Assembly: GCA_963846575.1 (NCBI GenBank)
Contig: CAWJWJ010000002.1
Location: 1,984,001-2,048,000, forward strand
From: an uncultured Nitrospiraceae bacterium
Lineage (GTDB): Bacteria; Nitrospirota; Nitrospiria; Nitrospirales; Nitrospiraceae
Reading direction: 5' to 3'
Length of the DNA: 64,000 bases
This document shows, one piece after another, positions 32,742-43,671 of this stretch; the stretch's first letter is position 1, and each line of letters begins with the position of its first letter. A program made the position numbers and the translations under genes. A model generated the notes under the pieces. It saw only the letters and a program-made list of their open reading frames with translations. It did no database searches and was not told the origin of the DNA.

Positions 32742-33815
32742 ATGACATCTGCACGAGTGGCCGTAGCGGGCGCCAGTGGGTATACAGGAGCAGAGTTGTT
32801 AAGGTTGCTTTCTCAACACCCACGAGTCAACCTCACAGCGGTGACGTCCGAGAAGTCAGCCGGCGTTGCGGTATCATCGATCTATCCCCACCTACAGGGC
32901 GTGGTTCAATTGAACTTTGAGGCTTTGGCTCCGGAGGCCTTGGCAGAACGTGCCGATGTTCTTTTTCTCGCACTGCCCCACACCAAATCAATGGGACCGG
33001 TGGCGACCTGCTTGAAGGCTGGTAAACGAGTCATCGACCTGAGTGCGGACTTCAGGCTCAAGAATCCTCACATCTATGAAACCTGGTATCAGGCTCCGCA
33101 CGCGCATCCCGAACTGATCGACACCGCCGTCTACGGTCTGCCAGAGTTACATCGATCCTCCATCACGCAGGCTCGCCTGGTCGCGTCGCCCGGTTGTTAT
33201 CCCACCGCCGCGATTCTGCAATTGGCGCCGCTTCTCGCACATGACCTGATCGCGCCCGATACCATTGTCATAGATGCGAAGTCCGGTGTATCGGGAGCCG
33301 GCAGAAGTCCCGCCCTCCCCTACCATTTCCCGGAAGCGCATGAATCGTTGGAGCCTTACAAGATAGGCCAGCATCGACATATCCCTGAAATAGAACAGGA
33401 ACTTACCGGACTCATCCAAAAACACGGCCGGGGGGTCGCAGCAGAAGATACTAGCGTCACGATCGCCTTCACGCCACACCTGGTGCCTATGAACCGAGGC
33501 ATTCTGAGCACCGCCTATGCCCGGACAAAGGGAAAACTCGACCTTGGTGAGCTGAGAGCCCTCTACCGTGATTTTTACAAGGGGGAACGATTCGTGCGGT
33601 TGCTTGAGAGCGCCATGCCGAACCCGCGACATGTGCGAGGCGCCAATTACTGTGATGTTGCGGTGCATGCCGATATGCGAGCCGGCTGGGTCGTGACCGT
33701 CTCAGCCATCGACAATCTCATCAAAGGTGCGGCAGGACAAGCCATTCAAGCCATGAATCTCATGCTGGGATATCCGGAGGAGATGGGCCTGGTCGCGCCC
33801 GGAATCTATCCCTAA
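32742..33815 (+). CDS. argC: N-acetyl-gamma-glutamyl-phosphate reductase
   Basis: GASGYTG, DLSADFR, PGCYPT, SGVSGAGR, DNLIKGAAGQA. Confidence 0.97.
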   Translation: MTSARVAVAGASGYTGAELLRLLSQHPRVNLTAVTSEKSAGVAVSSIYPHLQGVVQLNFEALAPEALAERADVLFLALPHTKSMGPVATCLKAGKRVIDLSADFRLKNPHIYETWYQAPHAHPELIDTAVYGLPELHRSSITQARLVASPGCYPTAAILQLAPLLAHDLIAPDTIVIDAKSGVSGAGRSPALPYHFPEAHESLEPYKIGQHRHIPEIEQELTGLIQKHGRGVAAEDTSVTIAFTPHLVPMNRGILSTAYARTKGKLDLGELRALYRDFYKGERFVRLLESAMPNPRHVRGANYCDVAVHADMRAGWVVTVSAIDNLIKGAAGQAIQAMNLMLGYPEEMGLVAPGIYP

Positions 33816-33875
33816 CCTCGGCCAATCGGCGAGCCTTCGGACGAACCATCCCTACTCCACCCACATAGGACATAC

Positions 33876-35081
33876 ATGAAAACTATCCCAGGAGGCGTCA
33901 CAGCCCCGCGTGGGTTTCTGGCTGCAGGAATCTACTGCGGGATCAAGAAAAAAAAGCAGCTTGATTTGGGGTTGCTGATCTCTGAGCAGGAAGGACCGAT
34001 CGCTGGGCTGTTTACGACCAATCGCATCGTGGCAGCACCGGTGATCCTTGATCGCCTCCATCTCAAGAAGGGCGTCGGTCGCGCGGTGCTCATCAACAGC
34101 GGGAATGCCAATGCCTGTACCGGGCCTGAGGGCATGCGGGCGGCTACGGATATGGCGCAACTGGTGGCCACAGCGCTCCAAGTTCCCACCCATACCGTTT
34201 TCATCGGATCGACCGGAGTGATTGGTCAACCGCTTCCGATTGGCCGCATAAAAAAAGCATTTCCAACTCTGCTGGCACGAATTTCCAATAGCGGCGGTCG
34301 AGAAGTGGCGCAGGCCATCATGACGACCGACCTCAAGCCTAAGGAAGCGGCTGTGAGCGCTCGACTGGGAGGAAAGCTGGTAACGGTCGGGGGAATGGCC
34401 AAGGGCTCCGGCATGATTCATCCCAACATGGCGACTATGTTGGCGTATCTCACAACGGATGCACTCATCGGTCAGCGCGCGCTTCAAACGGCACTCCGTC
34501 AGGCAGTGGCCCAATCATTCAACTGTATCTCGGTCGATGGAGATACCAGCACGAACGACACTGTTTTGTGCCTCGCTAATGGAATGGCGGGGAATGAGAA
34601 ACTCACACCCGGCTCACCGGGCTTTCTCAGTTTTTGCGCGATGGTCGAAACGGTCTGCCGGACATTAGCGTTGAAAATTTGCTGGGATGGAGAGGGCGTA
34701 ACAAAAGTTGTGCGGATCCAGGTGCAAGGCGCCAGAACCAAACAATCGGCTCGGCAGGTGGCGCAAACAATTGCCACTTCAAACCTGGTAAAGACCGCAT
34801 TGTTCGGCGGGGATGCAAATTGGGGACGTGTGATGGCCGCCCTCGGCCGTGCCGGGGTCGCCATCGATCCTGAGACTGTGAGCCTGCGTTTCGGCAATGT
34901 GGCGATGGTGCGACAGGGACAAGGCCTCGGTCCGGCGGCCGAGCGACGGCTGGCCAAAGTGTTCCAGGAGCGAGACTTCACTATTCTCGTCGACCTGGGC
35001 CTGGGCGAGGAGAAAGCCCACGTGTGGACCACCGATTTGTCCTATGAATACGTGCGCATCAACGCCAGTTACCGATCGTGA
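33876..35081 (+). CDS. argJ: Ornithine acetyltransferase / N-acetylglutamate synthase
   Basis: NSGNANA, STGVIG, KGSGMIHPNMATML, DTSTND, NWGR. Confidence 0.97.
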   Translation: MKTIPGGVTAPRGFLAAGIYCGIKKKKQLDLGLLISEQEGPIAGLFTTNRIVAAPVILDRLHLKKGVGRAVLINSGNANACTGPEGMRAATDMAQLVATALQVPTHTVFIGSTGVIGQPLPIGRIKKAFPTLLARISNSGGREVAQAIMTTDLKPKEAAVSARLGGKLVTVGGMAKGSGMIHPNMATMLAYLTTDALIGQRALQTALRQAVAQSFNCISVDGDTSTNDTVLCLANGMAGNEKLTPGSPGFLSFCAMVETVCRTLALKICWDGEGVTKVVRIQVQGARTKQSARQVAQTIATSNLVKTALFGGDANWGRVMAALGRAGVAIDPETVSLRFGNVAMVRQGQGLGPAAERRLAKVFQERDFTILVDLGLGEEKAHVWTTDLSYEYVRINASYRS

Positions 35082-35194
35082 CCGAGCCCAGGTTGGTTGC
35101 AAAGTAGACAGGATTATGCTAGCGTTCGTGCGTTTCCGTGCAGTGAAGGGTCGGTCCCACCGTTCACGGCTTGAGCCACAATCAGGGACGTCTT

Positions 35195-35309
35195 ATTTAA
35201 ATCCAAACCAGCGTGATGCGCACGCTGCGCAGCCTGAGAATAAGGGGGACATCCTCCTCGTCATCGGCATTTGCCAGACGCTCTGCAGGCTTCGAAGGGA
35301 GGTGAAGGT
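35195..35309 (+). promoter_or_regulatory. Possible structured rpsB 5' leader (S2 autoregulatory)
   Basis: Long untranslated leader with stems (CAGCGTG/CACGCTG; GCCTG/CAGGC) and a GGGG run. rpsB leaders are autoregulatory in many bacteria, but the family was not confirmed here. Confidence 0.3.
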
Positions 35310-36083
35310 ATGGGAGTAGTTGCGATTAAGGAATTACTGGAAGCCGGTGTCCATTTCGGCCACCAGACGAACCGTTGGAATCCAAAGATGAAGCGATTCC
35401 TCTTCGGCGAAAGAAACGGCGTCTATATCATCGACTTGCAACAGACCGTCGCCCGCATGGAGCAGGCCTATGCCTTCGCGCGAGACACCGTGGCGGCCGG
35501 TGACTCCGTTCTATTCGTCGGCACAAAGCGACAAGCAGCCGAGATTTTGGAAGAAGAGGCCAAACGAGCCAACCAGTTCTTCATCAACCAGCGATGGTTG
35601 GGCGGCATGCTGACCAATTTCCAGACTATCCGGCGCAGCATCGATAAGATGAAAAAGATGGAAGCGACCATCGCTGATCCGACTCATCAGGGCCATACCA
35701 AAAAAGAGCTCGGCCAGATGCAGAAAGAAGTCGTAAAACTTCAAAAGAATCTGTCAGGCATCCGCAACATGCGTGCCTTGCCAGGGGCCGTGTTCATCCT
35801 CGATACGCGGATCGAACACATTGCAATTCTCGAAGCCAGCAGGCTGGAAATTCCAGTCATTGCCATCCTCGATTCGAATTGCGATCCGGACCATATTCAG
35901 TACCCCATTCCCGGCAACGACGACGCCATTCGCTCGATCAAGTTGATTATTTCGCGAATCGCGGACGCCTGCCTCGAAGGTGCCCATCTCCGGGCACAGC
36001 AGGAAGAAACCGAGTTTGCGGCAGCCCCGGCAGGCAGTGGTGGGAAACCAACCGCCCACCTGGCCGGTGTGTCTGCTCTCTAG
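35310..36083 (+). CDS. rpsB: 30S ribosomal protein S2
   Basis: LLEAGVHFGHQTNRWNPKM, RWLGGMLTN, IPGNDDA. Confidence 0.98.
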   Translation: MGVVAIKELLEAGVHFGHQTNRWNPKMKRFLFGERNGVYIIDLQQTVARMEQAYAFARDTVAAGDSVLFVGTKRQAAEILEEEAKRANQFFINQRWLGGMLTNFQTIRRSIDKMKKMEATIADPTHQGHTKKELGQMQKEVVKLQKNLSGIRNMRALPGAVFILDTRIEHIAILEASRLEIPVIAILDSNCDPDHIQYPIPGNDDAIRSIKLIISRIADACLEGAHLRAQQEETEFAAAPAGSGGKPTAHLAGVSAL

Positions 36084-36135
36084 ATGCCGCACCCCGCTCG
36101 ACGGAATTTGTTTTATTCGACTAACTGAGGAGCCC

Positions 36136-36732
36136 ATGGCAAGTCTGAGTGATCTCGTTAAAGAGCTGCGTGAAAAAACTGGGGCCGGCATTCTGGACTG
36201 TCAGAAAGCCTTATCCGAAAATGGAAGCAACATAGACAAGGCAATCGATTATCTCCGGCAAAAGGGGCTGGCAGCGGCCCAGAAAAAAGCCGGTCGTGAA
36301 ACCAACCAGGGCTTGATCCACGCCTACATTCACGCGGGCGGAAAAATAGGAGTCCTCATCGAAGTCAATTGCGAAACAGACTTCGTGGCGAGAAATGAGC
36401 AGTTCAAAGCGTTCGTAAATGATTTGGCCCTGCAGGTAGCGGCCGCAAGCCCCTCTTGCGTCAGACGGGAAGAAATTCCAGAAGAGGTGGTCACGAAGGA
36501 ACGCAGTATCTATGAAGGACAGGCCAAAGAATTGGGCAAGCCGCCGGCAGCCTGGCCAAAAATTGTGGACGGCAAGCTTGAAAAGTTTTTCCAGGAGAAC
36601 TGCTTGCTCGAACAGGCCTTCATCAAGGACCCGTCTGTGACGATAAAAGATCTGCTGTCGCAGCAGATCGGCAAGATCGGCGAGAATATGAACATTCGCC
36701 GATTTACCCGGTATCAATTAGGCCAGGCATGA
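36136..36732 (+). CDS. tsf: Elongation factor Ts (short form, 198 aa)
   Basis: [29 protein letters not shown]. Confidence 0.97.
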   Translation: MASLSDLVKELREKTGAGILDCQKALSENGSNIDKAIDYLRQKGLAAAQKKAGRETNQGLIHAYIHAGGKIGVLIEVNCETDFVARNEQFKAFVNDLALQVAAASPSCVRREEIPEEVVTKERSIYEGQAKELGKPPAAWPKIVDGKLEKFFQENCLLEQAFIKDPSVTIKDLLSQQIGKIGENMNIRRFTRYQLGQA

Positions 36733-37454
36733 ATGCTGCCCATTACCGCCGCATCCTGCTGAAAGTCAGCGGAGAAATGCTGGCCGGTGAGCAGGGCTAT
36801 GGCATTCAACCTTCAATACTTGAAGGTCTGGCGGATGAAATTGCCGACGTCGTCGCGATGGACGTTGAAGTAGCGGTCGTGATCGGGGGCGGCAATATCT
36901 TTCGAGGTTTGGCCGCCAGCGCGCGCGGTATGGAGCGGGCCTCAGCCGACTACATGGGCATGCTGGCCACCGTGTTGAACGCGCTTGCGCTTCAAAATGC
37001 GCTGGAAAGCAAAGGAGTCACCACGCGCGTTCAATCGGCAATTGAGATGCGGCAATTGGCGGAAGGCTATATTAGACGTCGGGCCATTCGGCATTTGGAG
37101 AAGAAACGTGTCGTGATTTTTGCCGGGGGAACGGGAAATCCCTACTTCTCCACCGACACGGCCGCATCACTCAGGGCGATGGAGATCGGTGCGCAGGTCA
37201 TCATGAAAGGCACCAAGGTCGACGGCATCTACGACAGTGATCCCGTCAAGAATCCGCAGGCCAAAAAATACACTGAAATCCCCTTCCTATCGATTCTGAC
37301 CCAGAATTTAAAAGTGATGGACTCAACGGCCATCAGCCTCTGCATGGACAACCGGCTGCCGTTGATCGTCTTCAACTTAAAGGAGAAGGGAAACTTTAAA
37401 CGGGTCGTCCAAGGGGATCCCATCGGGACCCTGGTCACCGTGGGAAGTCGCTAA
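36729..37454 (+). CDS. pyrH: UMP kinase
   Basis: [25 protein letters not shown]. Confidence 0.97.
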   Translation: MNAAHYRRILLKVSGEMLAGEQGYGIQPSILEGLADEIADVVAMDVEVAVVIGGGNIFRGLAASARGMERASADYMGMLATVLNALALQNALESKGVTTRVQSAIEMRQLAEGYIRRRAIRHLEKKRVVIFAGGTGNPYFSTDTAASLRAMEIGAQVIMKGTKVDGIYDSDPVKNPQAKKYTEIPFLSILTQNLKVMDSTAISLCMDNRLPLIVFNLKEKGNFKRVVQGDPIGTLVTVGSR

Positions 37455-37466
37455 GGAGAGTGGCTC

Positions 37467-38030
37467 ATGTCGACGGCGCAGGCGGTGAAACAGCACGTAA
37501 CTGAAAAAATGGATCATGCGATCGAACATTTGAAGCGCGATCTCGCAGGGCTGCGCACTGGCCGCGCATCAGTGGCCCTCGTAGACGGTATCAAAGTTGA
37601 CTATTATGGCACAATGACGCCCCTCAAACAGGTCGCGAATGTCGCGACCCCGGAAGCACGGCTCATCACGATCCAGCCCTGGGAACAGAACCTCATCAGG
37701 GAAATCGAAAAGGCGATTCAAATCTCCGACCTCGGATTGACTCCCTCGAACGATGGAAAGTTGATCCGCATTCCCCTCCCGCCGCTCACGGAAGAACGCC
37801 GGAAGGAACTTATCAAGGTCTGCAAGAAACACGGCGAAGAGGTCAAAGTACAGATTCGCGGCTTCCGGCGGGACGGGAACGAAGAGCTCAAAAAGCTGCA
37901 GAAGGAGACGAAACTCACGGAGGACGAACTGCGCAAATCGGAAGCCGAAATTCAAAAACTAACCGATCAGTACGTGCAAAAGATCGACGATGTCATGAAG
38001 AAAAAAGAAGGCGAAATTCTCGAAGTGTGA
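37467..38030 (+). CDS. frr: Ribosome recycling factor
   Basis: LRTGRAS, VDYYG, PPLTEERRKEL. Confidence 0.97.
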   Translation: MSTAQAVKQHVTEKMDHAIEHLKRDLAGLRTGRASVALVDGIKVDYYGTMTPLKQVANVATPEARLITIQPWEQNLIREIEKAIQISDLGLTPSNDGKLIRIPLPPLTEERRKELIKVCKKHGEEVKVQIRGFRRDGNEELKKLQKETKLTEDELRKSEAEIQKLTDQYVQKIDDVMKKKEGEILEV

Positions 38031-38055
38031 CGCCTTCCTCCGCACGACAGGCTGC

Positions 38056-39213
38056 GTGTACACGCCCTCTCACTTTCTCCCAACCTCCGCCTCAGTCGAC
38101 CTGGGTGCTCTCGCACGGAACCTCGGGCATGTGCGGTGTCTTGCCCCGCGCTCCGATATTCTCGCCATTGTAAAGGCCAACGCCTATGGCCATGGCGCGG
38201 TCGAAATTACGCGCGCCCTTCAACAGCTGACCGTGCAACGGTTTGGTGTCGCAACGGTCGACGAGGGTGTTGCCCTGCGACAAGCAGGCATTCACGACTC
38301 CGTTGTAGTAATGGGAGCGACCGCTCCTGCACAGTTCGCCGACCTGGTGGCTCACCGGCTGACACCGGTTCTGTTTCGGGCCGACATGGTGCATTCCTTC
38401 GCCGCAATCGTACCGACCGACGCCATGCCCTACCCTGTGCATGTCAAAATCGATACAGGCATGGGCCGGCTCGGCCTCGCTTCCGAAGAATTACCTGATC
38501 TCGTGGGCAGCCCATCTTTTCACACGGTACTACGTCTGGAAGGGCTCCTGACGCATCTGGCCGACGCCGATAACCTCGACCAGGGGCATACTGAAGCACA
38601 ACTCGCCCGCTTTCAGCGAGTCCTGGAGACGCTGCAGCAACGTGGCTTCATGGTCCCGCTTGTTCACGCGGCGAACAGCGCGGCCATCGTCAAATATCCT
38701 GCGAGTCGCTATTCACTCGTGCGACCCGGCATTATGCTGTATGGATACCAAACCCACTCGCAGGAGCCCCCCACATCGGACGTGCGACCGATTCTCACTT
38801 GGAAGACGACCATCGCCCACCTGCACAGCATCCGCCCCAGGGAGAGCGTCAGTTACAACCGGACATTCATCGCCACCCGGCAGTCACGCATCGCAGTCCT
38901 GCCGGTCGGGTATGCCGACGGGTATAACCGACTCCTGTCCAACCGCGGCACGGTGCTGATTCGTGGGCGGCGCGCACCGGTAGTCGGACGTATTTGCATG
39001 GACATGACCATGATCGATGTGACAGACGTGCCCGGCGTAGAAATCGGCGACGAAACCATTCTGATCGGGGAACAGGGACAAGAGCGCATCACTGCAGCCG
39101 ATCTGGCTTCTTGGCAACAGACAATTCCCTACGAAGTTCTCTGCGCAATCGGACCCCGCGTACCTCGACAGTATCTTCCGCTTCCATCCGGCAATAGCAC
39201 AGAACGGTCGTAA
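38056..39213 (+). CDS. alr: Alanine racemase
   Basis: IVKANAYGHG, KIDTGMGRLG, GYADG, GRICMD, TIPYE. Confidence 0.96.
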   Translation: MYTPSHFLPTSASVDLGALARNLGHVRCLAPRSDILAIVKANAYGHGAVEITRALQQLTVQRFGVATVDEGVALRQAGIHDSVVVMGATAPAQFADLVAHRLTPVLFRADMVHSFAAIVPTDAMPYPVHVKIDTGMGRLGLASEELPDLVGSPSFHTVLRLEGLLTHLADADNLDQGHTEAQLARFQRVLETLQQRGFMVPLVHAANSAAIVKYPASRYSLVRPGIMLYGYQTHSQEPPTSDVRPILTWKTTIAHLHSIRPRESVSYNRTFIATRQSRIAVLPVGYADGYNRLLSNRGTVLIRGRRAPVVGRICMDMTMIDVTDVPGVEIGDETILIGEQGQERITAADLASWQQTIPYEVLCAIGPRVPRQYLPLPSGNSTERS

Positions 39214-39381
39214 CGCATCCATTCGGCCCTTCACGAGCGTGACACAGTCGCAACCCTCCCCGAACTCACCCACCTAGACGGACGACCCTTGCCTTCGGAT
39301 TTGAGTTCCCCCATATTCATTGACGGTCCCCACACCCACTTCATGACGACCGTTCCACCCCGGTGGAACTGACAAGGAGAA

Positions 39382-40804
39382 ATGATGGACGGATGGCACC
39401 TGTTCACCTGGACTACAGTGACCTGGCTTTGTCTGACCATCCTGCTGGGGCTTTCCACGGACTCAGCACTGGCGGGAGAGAAGAACGCCTTCCCACAAGA
39501 CCGAGACGAAATCTCCGGTATCACGGTCTATATCCCGATTCTGCTACCGGCCGTCACCGAACTCTACGGCACTATTCATCGGGACGTGGCCTCCCATCGG
39601 ACTGCGGCCCGAGAGTGGATCACATTAGGGGGGGGGGACCGGATTCCTGAAGTATCGAATTTGGCCAGGTGAACAAGGTCTTAAGGTAGCGGCGGGTCAA
39701 CTGTTTTCCCTGGCAAATTTTCCGTTCGGCGTGGAGTATGCAAAAAGCCTGAACGGCACGCTCACAAAGGTGGCCGAATGCGGCCAGCGCGATGCGACGG
39801 ATGGTACAGGTCGGTTATCCGTACAGATCGCGACGACGTTCGACGAAGGCCGCGGTTATACGGTTATACCGAGGAGCAGGATTGCCGTGGTGAATACGGC
39901 CGGTGCCTGTTTATTATCGGAGCAGCGCGTTGATGCAGCGCCTCTGATGGCGCAAGTGTATCAAAGCGATCTTCACGGAATCCTGCCGGCCGTGGATCGA
40001 AAGGCCGCCTCTCTGGTGACGTTGAAACAGGCCGTGACTCGCGTGTGGAAGGAGTTGCAGGAGCCGATACTATTGGATAAGGAGCGAGCGCTCTGGCTCT
40101 TGGTAAACCCTGAAGCCGTCGGCGCGGCTGGCGTGGGAACTCTGGCGGAAAATCCAGCCGCGGTCTATGGAGTGACGGCGAGGCCTGCGGTGGTGCAGGG
40201 GGAGCAACACCCACAACCACTACCCTTGCCGGACCCGCAGAACCGATTTCAGAACGACGGCTTTCACGTCACCTTCACGCTGCAGGTTCCTATCGAAGAA
40301 GCCAACGAGCGCCTGCGGGAGGCGGTGGTCGGGCAGGAATGGTCGCTAGGAGTCGGGACAATTAAGATTGCCGGAGCGAGGCTCTATCCCCTGGGCGATC
40401 GGGTGGGGGTAGAACTGAGCCTTCGAGGACTGCTCCCATTGACGTTACATCTCAGAGGAAAACCGGCTTATGACGAGTCTACGGGAAAAATTTCGTTTCA
40501 GCAGGTGGACTACACCATCAAGGAGCGCACGACGGCCACAGATTTGGCGGAAGAATGGTTGCACGAACCGCTGCGTCACGAACTGGCTCGAAGACTCGTA
40601 CTTCCCATTCGCGAGGAACTGAACCTGATGCGCCAAGCTTTGGAAAACGGTGTAAACCGAGACCTGAAGGAAGGACGTTTGCACGGCACCGTGCAACAGC
40701 TGACGCTCAAAGACCTCGCGGTACAGTCCGACAGCCTCTCGGCCACCTTTAAAACCGACGGTGTCCTACAGTATGAAGCCCGTGGCGAGAGCGGACTCCC
40801 CTAG
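39382..40804 (+). CDS. Exported DUF4403-like protein, frameshifted at a G10 tract (39628-39637)
   Basis: Signal-peptide ORF 39382-39672 joins ORF 39731-40804 when the tract is G9 (LGGGTGFLKYRIWPG...FGVEYAK). The family assignment is tentative. Confidence 0.55.
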
Positions 40805-40812
40805 GGCCTGCC

Positions 40813-41121
40813 CTACACCTTCAGCTTCCGTTTCAACTGCGATTCCACACTGGACACCTTACTCGACAGTCGCCCTTTGGGACCCTTTCGATAGTCGATC
40901 TTTATACTGCAGGAAATACGGTTACAGTCTTTGCGCATGCGTGTGTAACATTTCTTGACTACCGCCATGACCTCGTCCCATTCCCCTTCCAGCACGGTTC
41001 CCATCGGGTTCAGCCGATAGGCCACTCCGCTCCGATCGATAATGTCCAGGGAGCGCGACACATACTTGCTGACACTCTCGCCCTTCCCAAGCGGCGACAT
41101 ACTGAATTCCAATAGCACCAT
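40813..41121 (-). CDS. MTH1187/YkoF-like thiamine-binding family protein
   Basis: EFSMSPLGKGESVSKYV, PMGTVLEG, KIDYR. Confidence 0.85.
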   Translation of the reverse strand: MVLLEFSMSPLGKGESVSKYVSRSLDIIDRSGVAYRLNPMGTVLEGEWDEVMAVVKKCYTRMRKDCNRISCSIKIDYRKGPKGRLSSKVSSVESQLKRKLKV

Positions 41122-41138
41122 GGTCTTGGTAATCCTCT

Positions 41139-41798
41139 CTAAGGGGTGGTGGCGGGTGAGACGGGAGCCTGTTGGGTGGCGCGTTGGTCAAGCCATACTT
41201 TCGGATATTGCACTTTTCCAAGGAGGCGAAATCCATCCAAGGCCTCGCGAAGCAGAGCGCGGCGCTTTTCCGCGTCCGGTTCGTTAGCCTTCGCCTGCTC
41301 GCGAAGCTGTCCCAACCAATCGACAAACGCCGCAAATTCATTATCCAAAATTCGCTCCAGATCTTCCTTCATGAACCCGGATAAAGCCGGCGCCTGCCCG
41401 CTCGTGCTGACCGCCAGTCGAAGATGGCCGCAGCTGACGACCGCCGGCATGACCACGTTCGATACGTCGGGCTGGTCGACGGACCAGATCAGGAATTTCT
41501 GTTCGCGAGCGAGGCGCATGAGCGAATGCGATAGTTCGCGGTCACCTCGCACCGTGTTCAACACCAGGATGACGCTCTCCAGATCGTTGGCGCGAAAATG
41601 TCGCCCCCGATGGATAATCTTGGCCGAAGCCGCCAATTTGCGGAGCGCTTCGTGCATGGTGGGACTGATCACGGTCACCTTGGCGCCGGCCTCCAAGAGC
41701 CGTTGAACCTTTTCCGCGGCCTCCTCATCGCCACCGATCACCAGAACCGGCCAACCACGCACATCAAGTGAAATTTGAAAGCCAGAATTTGCAGCCAT
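41139..41798 (-). CDS. Precorrin-2 dehydrogenase / sirohydrochlorin ferrochelatase (SirC/Met8-like)
   Basis: VLVIGG....KV..LLEAGAKVTVISP, VDQP, MPAVV, AVSTSGQAP. Confidence 0.8.
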   Translation of the reverse strand: MAANSGFQISLDVRGWPVLVIGGDEEAAEKVQRLLEAGAKVTVISPTMHEALRKLAASAKIIHRGRHFRANDLESVILVLNTVRGDRELSHSLMRLAREQKFLIWSVDQPDVSNVVMPAVVSCGHLRLAVSTSGQAPALSGFMKEDLERILDNEFAAFVDWLGQLREQAKANEPDAEKRRALLREALDGFRLLGKVQYPKVWLDQRATQQAPVSPATTP

Positions 41799-41971
41799 TG
41801 TTCCAATCCTCCAAGCCAGCGTCGAGAACGTAAAGGCGTATCATACAACAGGCGATTTCACAGGGTAAACCCGCTTCGGCATTCCACTTTGCGGCAGGAG
41901 CTGGGTATAATGCGCCCGCTGGATCACCGGCGCGCCTTCGCGTTCACCGGACGTAAACAAAGGAGCATACA

Positions 41972-42424
41972 GTGGCTGGATACACGGGACGATCCCTTGG
42001 GATGGCAGCAGGGATCATCGGCATTGCGGCGCTGGCCGCCTACTATGGCATTGCACACATTGGAGAACCACAGCAGGGTGGCGGTTCGATCGCCGGACAG
42101 GTGCAGATCTCGCCAAACCTGGCCGACCAGGTGAAGCCAACCGACGTGCTGTTCGTCATCGTGCGACGCCCGAGCGGGCCACCGCGGCCGATCGCTGCGA
42201 AACGGATCGACGGTCCGACGTTTCCGGTGCAGTTCGAAATCACCAGTGCGGATGTCATGGTGCAAGGCAGTGAACTGAAAGGCATGGTGGATGTCATCGC
42301 ACGCCTGGATCGCGACGGTCAGGCCGGGCAACCGCAACCGGGAGATATGGAAGGACGGTATGCAAAAAATCCGACCTTGCCGGGGGGACGCGATCTGTTG
42401 ATTACCATCGATAAGGTGTACTAG
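41972..42424 (+). CDS. Membrane-anchored protein resembling the CcmI/CycH C-terminal domain
   Basis: N-terminal TM, LFVIVR...PPRPIAAKR, FPVQF, VIARLDRDG...PGDMEG. Confidence 0.6.
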   Translation: MAGYTGRSLGMAAGIIGIAALAAYYGIAHIGEPQQGGGSIAGQVQISPNLADQVKPTDVLFVIVRRPSGPPRPIAAKRIDGPTFPVQFEITSADVMVQGSELKGMVDVIARLDRDGQAGQPQPGDMEGRYAKNPTLPGGRDLLITIDKVY

Positions 42425-42445
42425 GCCAGCAGACAGCAACCCGTT

Positions 42446-42472
42446 CACCGGGCATCGTCCCCGATGCCGGTG
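42446..42472. terminator. Hairpin between convergent genes
   Basis: CACCGG-G-CATCG...CGATG-CCGGTG. Confidence 0.4.
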
Positions 42473-42598
42473 GAGAGCACAGGCATCAGAATTCACGACC
42501 GAGACAGGTTGAGAGTGTGTGCAAAAGAGATCGTCGACGGTGACGCTTCCGACAATTGTCACGCCGGATGGTTCAGATGGTTCAGCGGACGAAATACG

Positions 42599-43147
42599 TC
42601 ACGACGTCTCGGAGGGGTCTGCGTCTAACTCCAAATTCCAGTAAAGATAATCCCGCCAGCTTTCCGGTGTGTTGCGAATCCCGATGGTAATCGTGACGGT
42701 GGGACTCCAGCGGGGTTTCACGGGCTTCTTGATGAGACGCATGTTGGCTTCTTCGGGTGTCCGGCCGCTTTTTCGATTGTTGCATCGCCAACAGGCCGTC
42801 ACGATATTTTCCCAGGTCTTCCGCCCCCCCTTCGCAATCGGGATGACGTGATCGAACGTGAGCTCTTCGGTCCTGAACTTGTGTTTGCAGTACTGGCAGC
42901 AATAGCCATCCCGCGTAAAAATGTTGATGCGGGAAAACTTCACGGCCCGATGGCTGTCCTTGAGCTTGACAAGCTTCAGCAACCGCATCACGGACGGGAG
43001 CTTGATCGAAATAGAGATGCCGTGGATTTGACGATCGTAGACTTCGAGGACTTCGACCTTCCCCTGCCAGAGCAGGGTAATGGCCTTTTGCCAATGCAGG
43101 ACACGCAGCGGTTCATAGGTGGAGTTGAGCAAGAGGGTCATTTCCAT
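42599..43147 (-). CDS. HNH endonuclease family protein
   Basis: LLLNSTYEPL N-terminus, RDGYCCQYC, TFDHVIP..KGG..TWENIVTACWRCNNRK. Confidence 0.9.
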   Translation of the reverse strand: MEMTLLLNSTYEPLRVLHWQKAITLLWQGKVEVLEVYDRQIHGISISIKLPSVMRLLKLVKLKDSHRAVKFSRINIFTRDGYCCQYCKHKFRTEELTFDHVIPIAKGGRKTWENIVTACWRCNNRKSGRTPEEANMRLIKKPVKPRWSPTVTITIGIRNTPESWRDYLYWNLELDADPSETS

Positions 43148-43344
43148 AGCAGCTCCGGGGGTCTCCTATGCGTGCACTATTTGAAGAATAGCAAAATGAC
43201 GGCTGTGGTTTATCCTTCCCTGAAAACGATGTAGTGGATTTATGCCATATGTCAGTAATGAAATCAAGCGTTTAGGCCATATGCACAGAATGTTACCCAA
43301 TCCTAAGCCCGAACAGATCATTCCGTAATTGGAAAAGGGAGCGT

Positions 43345-43671
43345 ATGGAATCACTTCCCATCTATGTCACCGTCGCCCAAGTGAATGAGATTCCACCTGG
43401 AACCTGTCGAACGGTGAAGGTTGATGGCCTGTTCCTGGCCTTGTGCAATGTGAATGGCACATTTCGGGCGGTGGATAACACCTGTCCCCACGCGGGAGGC
43501 CCGCTGGGCGAAGGCTTCCTCGACGACGAGGTAATTGAATGCCCCTGGCACGGTTGGCGTTTCAATGTCCGCACCGGGGAGCGGCCTGAAAACCCGGAGA
43601 TTGTAGTGGCTTGTGTAGAGGTGCGGGTGCACGGCACCGATGTGCAGGTGAGAGTCCCCGTTACATTGTAG
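43345..43671 (+). CDS. Rieske [2Fe-2S] ferredoxin
   Basis: CPHAGG and CPWHGW. Confidence 0.92.
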   Translation: MESLPIYVTVAQVNEIPPGTCRTVKVDGLFLALCNVNGTFRAVDNTCPHAGGPLGEGFLDDEVIECPWHGWRFNVRTGERPENPEIVVACVEVRVHGTDVQVRVPVTL

